Part shown: positions 63,691 through 64,000 of the stretch, in pieces
Layout of the letters: every line of letters begins with the position of its first letter
Numbering within the stretch: the first letter of the stretch is position 1
Notes under the pieces: generated by a model
Database searches by the model: none
What the model saw: only the letters and a program-made list of their open reading frames with translations
Told to the model about the DNA's origin: nothing
From: Octopus vulgaris
Lineage: Eukaryota
Reading direction: 5' to 3'
DNA: 64,000 nt
NCBI GenBank assembly: GCA_951406725.2
Contig: OX597817.1
Coordinates: 99,448,001 to 99,512,000 of the forward strand
Translations under genes and position numbers: made by a program

Positions 63691-64000
63691 CATATATATG
63701 TACGTATGTATGTGTGTATGTATGCAATACATGTGTGTATGTATGTATGTACGTACATACGCCTGTGTATGCATGTATGTATGTATGTATGTATATATGT
63801 ATGTGTGTGTATATGCACGCACATACACACTATAAACATAAAGCTATAAACCTGTGGCGATGGATAGATGTAGAGTGACCACTCATCACAATAATATCAA
63901 ATTTCAACTTCCTCCCGCCGAAACCTGGAAGTGATTTATGACCCTTACTCCCAAAACTATACCATAAATCCTATTATCAGATATTTATCTCTATATCACA

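Overview
Eukaryotic, AT-rich, microsatellite-dense DNA made almost entirely of transposable elements. The SINE and RTE families and the (TA)n/(CA)n load suggest a cephalopod, probably Octopus (inference). I found no convincing host gene exon, CRISPR array, rRNA or tRNA gene. Contents: (1) a near-complete RTE LINE (APE endonuclease + RT, with a C4HC3 PHD-type finger inside the RT) and many degenerate or 3'-end copies; (2) at least three families of Penelope-like elements (PLEs; RT + GIY-YIG), one with an uninterrupted >800-codon ORF and inverted pseudo-LTRs; (3) a Merlin/ISXO2-type transposase pseudogene and GGATCTTTT-ended MITEs; (4) a hAT pseudogene, a Gypsy gag relic, non-autonomous Helitrons and tRNA-derived SINEs. 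The main hidden signal is about 20 minimal type I hammerhead-ribozyme-like motifs from many unrelated families. Most have a palindromic stem III, several have non-canonical cores or long stem II inserts, and many sit in ORF-less modules in (TA)n tracts or fold-back palindromes. One forms a ~326-bp retrozyme-like tandem with a compensatory base-pair change. All structures were folded by eye, and element boundaries are approximate.
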